A DNA stretch of 64,000 nt from Lepidodermella squamata (Eukaryota > Animalia > Gastrotricha). Position numbers and translations under genes: made by a program. The notes under the pieces were generated by a model that worked only from the letters and a program-made list of their open reading frames with translations, made no database searches and was not told the DNA's origin. Below, in pieces: positions 40,901-51,575 of this stretch. The stretch's first letter is position 1. Each line of letters starts with the position of its first letter. The DNA is taken from positions 1,798,001-1,862,000 of the forward strand of contig JBLDXI010000013.1 of NCBI GenBank assembly GCA_047495785.1. Reading direction: 5' to 3'.

Positions 40901-42324
40901 AGTCGTTGAAACTGAAGAGCCGCCCGGTGCACCCGCCGTCACCGCCAATCCCGCGCGTCAAGCCACTGCCGCCTGATGCCGCTGTCGTGCAGATGTCGCA
41001 CACGGCGGCCAGCTACCAGCCGCTGCTCGGAACCTGCGACACCACAATCGTCGGGCACATTGTCGAAGTTCGCCGCATCGGCTCCACCGAGTGGAAGGTC
41101 GTCAACGAACGGCCCATCTCCACGAGCGAACTCACCGTCAAGAACCTGCGAGAAGGTGAAGAGTACGAATTCCGAGTTACTGATGTCAACGCCGATGGAC
41201 TGAAATCGCGCCCTAGCAGTGCTACGGTACCTGTTAGGATTCAACGAGCTAGACGTAAGTGGTTCTCAAAAATTCCTCCTTAACAATTTTTTAATGATTT
41301 TTTTCATTTTAATAGAAGCTGTTAAGCCGCAAATCACTCGTCCCCTGTCTGACGTGACTGTCATTCAAGGCCGGACGGCGAGGTTGGAATGCTCGGTCGT
41401 GGCCGACTCGCACTCGAAGGTGCGGTGGCTGCACGACGGACTTCCGATTTTCGCCGACTCGCGCCACGTGATGACGTTGGTCGGCGGGATGGCGACGCTG
41501 GAGATTCGCGACGCGAGCCAGCTTGACGAAGGCTCTTACACGTGCGAAGTTGCGGTGCCGACGACGGGCGACGTCGACTCTACGACGTCGCGACTACGCG
41601 TCGCCCAGTCACCGCGCATCCACGTCGATAGCAGCCTGGCAGCCGGCGAACCGATCACGTGCCACGCCGGCGGCTCGCTGCGTATTGAAGTCCGCATCAC
41701 AGGCTCACCATCGCCTACTATCACCTGGACAAAGGATGGAAAAACAGTTGCAACGGTTAGTTGAACATTCGATTTTGCGAATTTTTTCACATTTTTCTTC
41801 TTTAGGATGGACGAATTTTTGTTGATGCCGCTGAATCGCCGTCTTCGGGCGTGCTGCGGACCAGCCTGGTTATCAACGATTTGAAGGCAACCGATGCCGG
41901 CCGTCTGATGCTGCGAGCTGCGAATGAAGCCGGCGACGAGGTGCAAGCTTTCGTCATCACGGTGTTGGACGTACCCGGCGCGCCTATCGGGCCGCTCGGT
42001 ATGCACTACCACCCGGCCGGCCGGGCCGTGACGCTGTCGTGGACGGAGCCGCTGGATAACGGCGGCTGTCCGCTGGTGCGATTCACGCTGGAACGGCGCG
42101 ACCTGACCGCGAGCGGGTGGCGCCAAATTGCCAGCGTCGGCCCGCGAACTACGTCGTACACGTTGACGCTGAGCGGCACTGAGCGCGACGAATTTTGGCT
42201 GCGTGTGCGGGCAGTCAACGACGTCGGCGCCGGCGAGGCGCTCGAGGGCGCCCAGCCGGTACGCCAGTTGCCGCCTCAGCCAGCCCAGCCTGGCATTTAC
42301 GTCGTGCGTGAATGGCAGACCTGA
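1..42324 (+). CDS. TTN: Giant titin/connectin-like muscle protein, 5'-partial (>=13,776 aa in window; ~75 Ig, ~57 Fn3, PEVK-like segment, no kinase)
   Basis: Exons: <1-1959, 2298-2412, 2470-3276, 3365-3373 (micro-exon), 3559-11819, 11876-19810, 19864-36796, 36849-37273, 37325-41254, 41316-41755, 41806-42324 (TGA). All junctions are GT..AG with matching phase, and the sum from base 3 is 41,331 nt (13,777 codons including stop). It has I-set Ig motifs (G.P.P...W, D.G.Y.....N..G) and titin/twitchin-class Fn3 motifs (W.PP..DGGSPI.GY.VE, Y.FRV.A.N.AG.G..S). The symbol denotes the family; orthology was not tested. Confidence 0.93.
2940..3720 (+). other. N2A-/MyBP-C M-domain-like element (Ig followed by a D-W-K-A-Q-L-K helical insertion)
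   Basis: The Ig PYFIEKP...KIAGDPMPTIQW.RG...NEHG...V.E followed by AMDWKAQLKH resembles, from recall, vertebrate titin I80-UN2A (...GGDPIPNVKWTKG...NEHGEIESNVNLQVDE...GDLRAMLKK) and the DFRxxLK motifs of IGFN1 and MyBP-C. Confidence 0.65.
3365..3373 (+). CDS. 9-nt symmetric (phase 2-2) micro-exon GCTAAAGCG of the titin-like gene
   Basis: Context is tttcattatttcag|GCTAAAGCG|gtaagc. Inclusion gives KHIELKRVEE; skipping gives KHIDVEE. Both are in frame. Confidence 0.7.
3716..5058 (+). repeat. Five closely similar tandem short Ig domains (~89 aa period)
   Basis: Repeated P[IV].[FI][VI][KR]PL.P.[KT]V.E.E.VEF.CE.NK....V.W..DGK motif. Confidence 0.85.
6250..8347 (+). repeat. Two copies of [~75-aa PEVK-like linker + Ig-Ig-Ig], period 1062 nt
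   Basis: GLEVGRREWKFVEPL at 6461 versus GLEIGRREWKFLEPL at 7523. Shared motifs include VKAVFKKAE, ELDR.IK.PPKD, RYKEQKCPA.L.D.LA.L and VLKPLQDV. Confidence 0.9.
8351..40920 (+). repeat. Eleven copies of a 10-domain super-repeat Ig-Ig-Ig-Fn3-Fn3-Fn3-Ig-Ig-Fn3-Fn3
   Basis: Approximate unit starts are 8351, 11282, 14266, 17197, 20166, 23085, 25992, 28935, 31902, 34869 and 37942. Spliced spacing is 2907-2970 nt. All ten domains were identified by eye in every unit. Confidence 0.9.
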
Positions 42325-43040
42325 GCTGCGCCGGACTAGTCGATACTACAACAAAATCTGGGTCAAAAACAAAACAAAAACTCTCTTTTCTTTCTGGGCA
42401 TGTATCATAAAAATATTTAACCAAGACAAAATATTATTGAATAATTATTGCAGAGCAACAGCTCCGAGTGTTCTTTTTCTGAAAAGTTTGCGGTGGTTTT
42501 TTATGTTGATCATTTCTCGCTTGATTTTACTCGGAAAAATACTCGATCAAATCAATTCGTCCGAAGCGGGATCACATTTTTACCTTTCAAATTTTATATA
42601 TAATATTTAGCAATATTTGTTGCGTTTTTGAGTATCTCCTCTTTCCCTGCGAAATGAAAGATGAAAAATTGTATTACTTGACATGAACCGTTTATTTCAC
42701 GATACTCCAAACCTCTACTGCTGATTTGAAATTCTCATTGGTGCTCTGTTGACGAAAGGAATGTACAAAGCGCTTGATAAAAGAAATTATTGTTATACGA
42801 AACGAATGAAAATGTGCTAAAACTTTCTCTCTCAATTTTTTTCTGTGGAAAAATTCAGACTTGCGATTTTAGTGTATTATCCTAGGACGGTTCAGTTTGA
42901 ACCGGCGGTGCGGAGATAACTTCTGGGCAATTTTATTTCTTATACTGCCGAGTCTGCTGATCGCCACTGATGACGATGATGAGTTTTGTGTGAGTCAAGT
43001 CTGAAACAAAAAATTATGTATAATAACGAATTTTAATCGA

Positions 43041-43046
43041 AATAAA
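43041..43046 (+). promoter_or_regulatory. Candidate polyadenylation signal for the titin-like gene
   Basis: First AATAAA I noticed downstream of the stop at 42324, with a second at ~43056. The context is AT-rich, so a chance match is possible. Confidence 0.35.
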
Positions 43047-43971
43047 CCCTGTTATAATAAAAACGCAGTCTTTTTTATTCGGTTCGCGAAAATCTGGGCT
43101 ACCGAAGTTGATGCAGCAGCATGTCAGATGAATAAACTTCGCGAAAAATGGAGATAATCAATTTCCATGGTGAACCCGGATAGTTCAGATCTAGTAAAGT
43201 TGAGACGCAGTACAAGAAAAAGTTCAATTTTTCCGATATCAACCGGCTTGGAACAACTAAAGCTATGTAGAGAAATTACCGATCTTTACACCATGCTAAA
43301 ATAAAAAATCCCAAGCTCAGGGAGGGCATCAGTATCGATCAACAAACGAAAGAATCGGAAAAGTTCAGTTCCAGGACGCTTAATTTCAGTGCCGGAACTT
43401 CCTTTTTAGAGGTGCAATATTCAGACCCAGGGTGAAATACGATCTGGTACCTTTTCTTTGCTTGCGTCTCAGTTCAAGAATATAAAAAAGTTACACGGTG
43501 GAACCATGATTTATTTTTTGCAAATGACAGGCGAATGGGGGACCAGGGACTGCACATTTTTTGCGTCGTAGTGCATTTCGACTTTGAGAATGGAATCAAC
43601 AAAATGCGCTGTCATTAACAACCACGATTCGTAAAATTTATTCATCATAATCATTTTGCTACCACAAGTACATAAATATGTGGATGTCTTTTCTCGTCTC
43701 GATTTGAACACAAATTCGGCGTTAAAATAATAGTAATTATTCATAATTACACATTACTTTGCTCGTTTCGTTAAATATACATCAGGCATGAAGATTTCAG
43801 CGTCTCAACGTTTTCCACGCATCTTAAAATAATATCCTCTCGAGATGGATTTGGCAGAAAAACTGAGACGCTAGTTTGCGCATAACAGAAAGAAAGCTAA
43901 TCGTAGTGAAAAGTTCGAATAACGTTGAAATTTGAACCAAGCAATGCCATTCAGTGTTGATTAAAACGTTA

Positions 43972-46900
43972 TTATTTGCTGGCGTTAACTCGCCAACGCA
44001 GCGCGATGAAGCAGGCGATGCGAAATATGACGAAAAACACGAGCAGGGCCGTTATGTCAAGGACTAGATTGACGTCATGCAGCGAGAAGGATTCAAGCAC
44101 TGCCTCGCCAGTTGAGAACAGCACGCATGATTGAACGCGTTGTGGGGAGTAAGTGCCACTAGGCGGGCCGTCAGGCGAATCGGGACTAGCGAAAATTCCA
44201 TCACATGTAAGACCGGTTCTGTTGAAGCCATATATCGCATACATAGAACCTTCAAATGAGTACCTGTAAAGAGCAAAAAAAACCATCATACTATTTGAAT
44301 CGTGTAAAAATTATTTACCTCAAATAAGAAAAGTAGGACAGATAGGTGAGATATTTTGGCATTGTGTCGAAAGAAGCTAAGAAACCGGAGAACATCAGCA
44401 GAGGGATGATGCTGATAGGGCCGAGAAACACGGCGAGTTCCGCCCGCGTCAATGCAGAAATCAACAACCCCAAGCTTTGCGCCACGAGCGAAGTTAAAAC
44501 GAATATTGTTGTGAACAAAAAGAACCGCATAAACTCGTTCGGCTGGCCTGTCATGAAGTAAACAATCGTGGTGTAAGTCAGCGGTAGCACGACTTGAAAC
44601 GGCATATCGGCGACAGTTTTCGCGAGATAGTACGCCTTTAAGCTGTACCAATAGTTGAGATGCTCTCTCAAAAACACGAGAACTTCGACAGGGAACGTGA
44701 GAATCGTCGGCATTAGGGCTCCGAAGTTGAGGAAAAGGCAGCAGAAAAACAAACAAGCGGCATTGCTGACAACCTTTGACGCGTCATTGCCGACTTGCAG
44801 GTATAACATGCCGATCAAAACAGCGATAAGAGCGTGGGTGATAAATCGAACTTGGGTCAGAGTTGAGTCGCGCAAAATCGTGACGAATGTTCGGATGAAG
44901 AGGATTCGAAATTGCGTGAAAACACTGGTGGCAAAATTGCGAGGTGTCTCACCGCCGCGCGACAGCATATCGCTGCATTTCGCCGATTTCGTCGCTCCGT
45001 TTGATTTTCCGTCAAAGGCGGAATCAGGCCCGCCTAACGAGCCCTGGTCTTGTTGCGCCGCCGCCAGGCTGGCGCTGTCCGAATCCATGAGGGAGGGAGC
45101 CCGGGATCCCGACGATGGGTGTTCCGTGTCAGCAGTTTCGGACGGCGTCACGCCGGTCATGCCGTGTAAGGCCGCGCTGTTGGCGCTCGACTGCAGACCA
45201 GCCGCAGTTTGCGTCGCAATGGAGCGCCTATAGTTGGTAAAAATAAATCAGGTATAAAACATGTTAAGGCAGAAAACTGGCTTAATACTTTGATGATAAC
45301 TTCGTCAGTCGGCGGATTTCGTTAAGAGACTGGCCAGATCGAACCCAGTGAGTCAAACCGGCGACGACATCGCCGTAGTCACCCGTGGCGACCTCCATCA
45401 TGAAATCAGAAGGGTTGTGATAAGGCGGACAGTTCAGGTTGTGAAGCGCGAAATACGGCACGATGCAGCTAACCGGGCCGTCGTAAATCGCCTGCCCATC
45501 AGCCATGCAATACACCGTGTCGAAAATCTCGAAAACTTTAGCCGACGGCTGATGGATGGTGCAGATAATATTACGGCCACCCAACGCCAGTCGCTTGAGC
45601 AGTTGCACGCACTGATAGCATGAAACCGAGTCGAGGCCGCTGGTTGGCTCGTCGAGAAACATGATCGGCGGATTGTTAATCAATTCCAGCGCTATTGACA
45701 GGCGCTTTCGTTGCCCGCCTGATAAATTGCCGACGCGGTTGGAAATTTGTTCTCGCAACCCAAGCGTGTCGAGAATTTCGATAATTGTATCGCGCTTTTC
45801 ACTCAGCGGGGTTGACTCTTCCAGCTTCAGATTCGCCGAGCACATCATCGACTCCATGACAGTTAGCTGGGGCAGCAAATGATCGTCTTGCATGATGTAG
45901 CACGACATTTTGCGGAAAGTCCGCAAATCGCGCGGCCTGCCGTTGACCAACACTGTTCCGGTCATGTGCCGAATTCTTTAAAATAAACAGGTAAAAATTG
46001 GTTGGTGAAAGTAAGAAAGGTAAACACTCACTTGCACCCCGCTAGAACGTTCATTAGGGTTGATTTTCCAGCACCACTCGGGCCAAGAATGGCATGCAGG
46101 AGTCCAGCTTTGAACTCGCCACTCACCGATTTGAGTATAGATTTTTTGTCTTTAAACAAAAAAAATCGAAATTAATCGCGCTCAAATTCAATTGTCATCC
46201 CATAACCGAAATATCACGGATACAAATGTCTAACTAAATACAGACAACACGGTAAATTTTATCGACAAACCTCCGCAAATTTGAATTCCTAAATGCCCAG
46301 AAATTAATTAAAAAAATTGATTGATGGAAAGTTGCACACTAACCTTTTCGACGATTGAGAGGAACTTCGTAGCGAAGCGATTGAAATTCGATAGACTTTG
46401 GCCGGCATGAACGAGACTTGGACTTCGTAGCGTTGAAAGCTACGTTGAAGCCATTTTTGCCGTTGTAGGCCTCGGCGACCTTCGCAGCGGCGTTTGCACT
46501 TGTCATGCCTGTCGGGTGGTGCGCAGTAGCTGAAATGTCGCTGGGCCCAGGGGTCACTGGCATGCGGATCACCGTCGGTGCTATGACGACTGTTCTTCGC
46601 GGCGTTGGCAGCTCAGAAACAGCTTTGGCGTCGATATTCGAAACATCACCGCTGGTTTTGTTCAGGGGAGCCATATTGATGGCGAACGTATCACTTTGAT
46701 GCGGATTTGACATGAGAAGTTGAAGCGATTCAGAATTCTGACGAATAAGCGCCCGATTGTTGGCTAAACAAGTAAAATAGACAGCCTCAATTCAAATGTT
46801 GAACTCGGAATGACAAGTAAATTGACTGTGAATTTCATGTCTCATAATCGTCCTCCCATATCATTGTTGCACCACAATGTTGTGATGAGGGAAGAATTTA

Positions 46901-48062
46901 ACAATAATAATGAGTAATGAGGACGAAAAAGTTTCGAGACGAAACGACCCGCTTAGGAGATCGCCAGTCTAAAAAATAATAATATGTTTTCCGTCCCGGA
47001 AAATACCGCCACTCGAAAATAATTGTAAACAAATAGATGCGAAAATTTGGGCCGTTGGCAGGGACTAATTTACTTCCGTTTCCGAGCCCGCAAACATTGA
47101 TATCATATAAGCAGGATCGATATTTTGCGGTTGCGTTCAAAATTATGAAAGATGAATGATGAATTTCGAAACCCATTGCGATGCCTCTTAGACCGAAATA
47201 GTATTGCCTCTATCTAAAAATGGAGTATATAAAATGCCCGATTTTTACCAGGTTCTGAGTCGGCTCTGACAAGTTCCTCGACGTCGAATTTCTGCGGCGT
47301 GTCAGTCGTCTGATTGTAGTAGAAAGGCGCCTGGTTGTGGCGTTCCAGCGCCGCTATATCAGCCGGCAGTAGTTGATGCACGATCGGCGAAATATCAGAA
47401 TAAGCTCGAACGTGGTGAGCCACCACGTTGCTGGCACTCGTCGTCGTCGGATGAAGCGGCTGAGGACTATTACCACGACTACTGGTAGCAACTGCCGCTG
47501 CTGCTATTTTATGCGCCGAAGTTGACGCCTCCTCCTCCTCGCCCAGCGCTATCTTGTTGTTGTTATTCGCCGCCGCAATTGAATTAGGCCGCTCTTCATC
47601 GTAATAGTCGTCGTCGGCCTGCGTTAGTTTTTTCATTTCGATCAGCTCGCAGCCGCGCCGCTTGTTGGTTTTGGCAGGCAGACTAGCGGCTAAGCTGGCA
47701 TCCGATGCAGTATTCGTCACTGTCGCTGCATCAGTAGCAAACAACAGCGGCTCGCGTTCCATTGAATTGCATTCACTATAGCAATTTTCGCTACTGACAC
47801 TGCTTCGACTCGGCGCTGCCAAATCACTCGCCGGACCGCTCTTATTATTGCTGGCTGCGCCGGCGATTTCGCTACTATTTTGCCGACGACCAGCAGTACA
47901 CTGGTTTAACGAAGAAGTTGATAGTAACAAATCGCCGGTGCCACCGTTGTTGGTTTCGGCGAGGCAATGCAGCGAGACCGTCTTGGCCGTTATACTTATG
48001 ACAACATCGTCTTGAGCCGGCGATGTATTATTTGCCGGTTCATTGCTAGTGATCGACTCCAT
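43972..48062 (-). CDS. ABCG1: ABCG1/ABCG4 (White-family) ABC half-transporter, ~1079 aa with long N-terminal extension
   Basis: Exons (-): 48062-47249, 46763-46344, 46149-46032, 45975-45289, 45227-44319, 44263-43972 (3240 nt). Walker [10 protein letters not shown], signature LSGGQRKR, Walker [14 protein letters not shown]-loop [16 protein letters not shown], and an ABC2 membrane domain ([17 protein letters not shown]). The first exon is less certain; an alternative ATG exists at 46713. Confidence 0.9.
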
Positions 48063-49354
48063 TTTTTTGGCGCGCTATTTGTAGGCGGCAAAAACGTAAT
48101 CGCGTATCGTGTATCGTCTAATGATTCCACTCAGATAAGTGGCCCGGCATTTTTCGTACGTCTTTTTCTGGAACGTGGTAATTATCGCTTTCACTATGAA
48201 AAAAATCTACGAGACGTAGAAATAATATTGCTTTTACAATATATATCGCGGAACGCCCTCGTAACATGAACAATACATTTATTTATAAGCTAGTCGCTTG
48301 GCGATTTCAAGATTCTCGACTATATATATATATTAGAGTTATTAGAGAGATTTTCCCCCTAAAAAGGTACGCAGCGCGGTCGATTTTTTTTCCCTATATA
48401 GCCTACGTGCTTGGCATGAGACGCAAGTATCGCGTAGTGAAATTGTTGTTGAACATTTTCTATCGATTCGCGTATTTATTAAACAGAACACGCACCCGAC
48501 TCGCGCGTATGCGCTATATTAAGGTAATTTCTAGGTCCGAGAACACTCAGACCTACAAGAAACTCGCTTGTTAAAAATTGTAAATGCTTCGCGAAGGTTG
48601 GTCAAAATACAGCGCATATTTTATCATTCAGCAGTTTCATTCGCGCTTCCGCCTTGTTTAAATAAAACAGCGCCGAGCAGCTGATCGCGGCAAAACATAT
48701 AGGTAATGGCTAAAAGGTGTGTAGTACTTGCGACTTCTCAAGAGCTGGTCGTTATATTAGTACATCAAGTACCTCGGCGGACCAAAACGATAATTGAAGT
48801 ATGTAGGCAATATGGACGAAAAAACTTTAATAACATTTTCCCGCGGCTAAAGTTTGCTAGTTCATACATTATTCATTACTTTCTAGCAGTGAGATTAGTT
48901 GTGACGGTTTTCGATATCTTTGGCCGTAATCGATTGGATTGCGTTCGATTTTCTGACGCGCGCTGAATAGCAAAAACGTGAGGTGTGAGGTTGAGGCTTA
49001 ATTAAAAAAATGATGTAAATAATTAAAAGACCGAAGTCAAACTCAAGACTGTTTTAATGTTTTTATAATTCGAACACAGCATCCGAAAAGCAATATTCAT
49101 CCCAAACACTCGAAAAAGCTATGACTGAAATGTAAAAATTGATTTGCTTGTCACGCAATTCAGCTGTGGCGCAATGAGACCTATCAGCAAATCTTTTCGG
49201 TAAATATTGAATAGCTAATTCGTCGCAGTTTTATGAAAAAAAATAGTTGCTGATCGGTCGACACTAACTAAATTCGTAATATGAATTGGGAAATAGGCGC
49301 AGACAATAATTTGCACCTCTATTGGCTCTTGAGTTTGTTTGAATAGACAGGAAC

Positions 49355-49388
49355 AGAGAGCGAGAGAGAGAGAGAGAGAGAGAGAGAG
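49355..49388. repeat. (GA)n microsatellite in the divergent ABCG/Vang intergenic region
   Basis: agagagcgagagagag...gag; the pure GA run spans 49362-49388. Confidence 0.9.
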
Positions 49389-51575
49389 TATAAGTTTAAG
49401 AATTTTATTAATATTATGATATGATTAAAGTCACAGTAATAGCATTTACGAGGAGACGATATCTCCTGCGCAGTGAAAATGTTATTGACGCGTAAAATCG
49501 TAAATGCTATACTACTCAAGTCACGCGGGACATGTGGCATGTACCCTTTTCCGATAAATGTGTATGTATGTTGTGCTCGTGATTTTTGCTATGCAAACCA
49601 CGTCGGGCAAACAAAATATAAAAATACGGCTGGCTTTGATTTTACGTACACCAAATGAGACGACCGGCGCGCGGCCATCCGCATGATTTCGAATCGTTAT
49701 TGCTTCTGCCTTCTAGTTCGTCGCATACGTTATTATGGGCACTGTCGCCAACGCGGTAGTGCAACCTGTGTTTATTCTATTTCGCAGTCTCTTTTTCCTG
49801 ATTTTTATATGAAGATGGATTTAGACACAAAATCATGCCAAATTTGTTGTACCTAATCAGGATTATTAGTTTAGTTTGATTCGTTAGATCGAATTCTATA
49901 TTTTGCGAATTATGGCTTCATTAATTGGACCTCGTAGAAGAAGATATCGGTCTTTCGGCTACGGTGATTTCGGTTGTTGGAGCGAGCAATGAAAATTGAG
50001 CCATAAAGAATGAAGACATTTTATACCCCTCTACCCCAGGAAGGGTTTGCCGAGTAATTTGAAATGGGCCAACAGCTCCGTATGAACAGAAGGACGACGT
50101 ATGATGACGGTCAAGCAAGGCGTTCCAATATTTATGCAGCAAAAGCTTATCCATTGAAAAAAATATTTGACGAAAATGTTAGCGCTAAATTTCTCTTGTT
50201 TTTCAAACGTCAGCGCCGCCAGATGTTCTAATTATCTGATGTTTTAATAATTTTAACACCTTGTATAACTTTTCAACCGTTATGACGAAAAAACTCGCTT
50301 TTATTCACGTTCATTATTTCGTGATCTCGTCTGTGACCGCAACGGAACCGATCGAATTTGTGCCTACCGTCAACTCTATGACAGAAGATGTTATTATCGA
50401 ATCTGTGTTTTAGGTGTTTCAGAACTGAGATGTTCAAAAGCGAATCATCAGAACACTATGAAATCGAGTCGCAGTAAGGGATCTCATATGGTCGACCGAA
50501 TGAAGAAATTAAAATTCCTTATTTAGTTTTATTTTGACGTTCCATTCGTTGCCTGGAGGGCCGAGGCCATGGGCCCCGAATGAGCGCTCTTAGGGTTGCT
50601 TGTGGGGTCACTTCAGCAGGACAGCTCGGTAGTTAGTTTAGTCTGGCTGCACTCCAAATCTACCACTTTTCACTTCAGTAAAACGATGGAGCGGTCGTAT
50701 GGGTAGAGCGTTATTGATAAATCATAGTCGACCCAGGTGGGGATAGAACTCATATCAATCGATGATGATGCTCAATACACACCAGGAGACAACAGCTATC
50801 CACTGATCTACTGTGTGCCCTTGGCCGAACGACTTGCAGATAAATCCAGCTTGCTCTGGATGCAGCTGATGCTTGTGTTGCCAACTGCGAGTTGTGAATT
50901 TCGAATTTCGCGGTCAACTTTTTCTTGACTTTGTTTAACACAAAAAATTTTAATTATCTTATTTTCTAATATTTTTAATTTTTTAAGCAAATAAAATGGT
51001 AGGGAATATAATTTTCGTGTGATTTTAGAGGGCACCAAAACTTTGGTATTGGGTATGGCGGCAGATTCGGTTTGTTTGAAGTTTCGGCTGTTTCGTTTGC
51101 TCCATGCTTTATGATAGTTTGATGGTTTACCGTTAGCGTCTACATACTGGAATTCTAGAAATTACCGTTTTATTGCATCGTCATGTTCAAACGACTTTAT
51201 TGTTGCCTCATAACGCCGCTGTAGATAAAACCGTTCTTCATCACCTATTTTGTCATGTTTGCATTACTTACATTTCCACTGAAAACGGAGACTGCTTTTG
51301 AATGTCGAGTGCCATTATCCATCTACAAGCCTTAAATTTGATAGTTCAAGGGACATCTGTATATCACAAGATACAAGATAGCGTCTACCTTGTAGTGTGC
51401 TACTTATTCGGCTGCTGATTTGGAAGAGAATACTAAGCGTTTCCAACGGAGCTAAACATTTGGCATGAACAAGATTTTAGATTTTATTTTGACAACCTTT
51501 GCCTTTCGGCACTCGCGGCGCGTTAACATTTCATGTGCAAATTTCTCTCTATAGGGCCGTTGAAAACATCTTACC

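Noticed and set aside
11834-41851. Treating the separate large ORFs as independent genes or as a frameshifted pseudogene
   Set aside because: Each break is a 50-61 nt AT-rich GT..AG intron with matching phase that restores an intact domain.
1-42324. Calling the giant gene twitchin/projectin or obscurin
   Set aside because: It lacks the Fn3-Fn3-Ig core and the kinase, and no RhoGEF/PH/SH3 is seen in the window. The PEVK, N2A-like element and long super-repeat fit titin/connectin better.
2603-42424. Many long antisense and alternate-frame ORFs (up to 348 aa) overlapping the titin-like CDS
   Set aside because: These are expected shadows of a biased-codon coding strand; they have no recognisable motifs or splice structure.
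42854-43005. 10-bp inverted repeat (ttcagacttg/caagtctgaa), a small hairpin at 42888-42904, and ctgatga...gaaa resembling a hammerhead or C/D box
   Set aside because: No target-site duplication or second copy, hammerhead stem II cannot form, and the C/D spacing is too short.
43040-43440. RNase P RNA-like fragments in plausible order (cgaaaatctggg, cttggaaca, ttcagac)
   Set aside because: The P4 pairing would be mismatched, the CR-V consensus is poorly met and the region is AT-rich. Infernal with the nuclear RNase P model would be needed; it is not supportable by eye.
50543-50925. Moderately GC-rich non-coding block with hairpins, an AACCCTAA (telomerase-template-like) 8-mer on the minus strand and HDV-ribozyme-like words
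   Set aside because: An 8-mer is expected by chance in 64 kb, there is no pseudoknot or P1 partner, and I recognise no snRNA/SRP/7SK/5S signature. It may be Vang 5'UTR or regulatory DNA.
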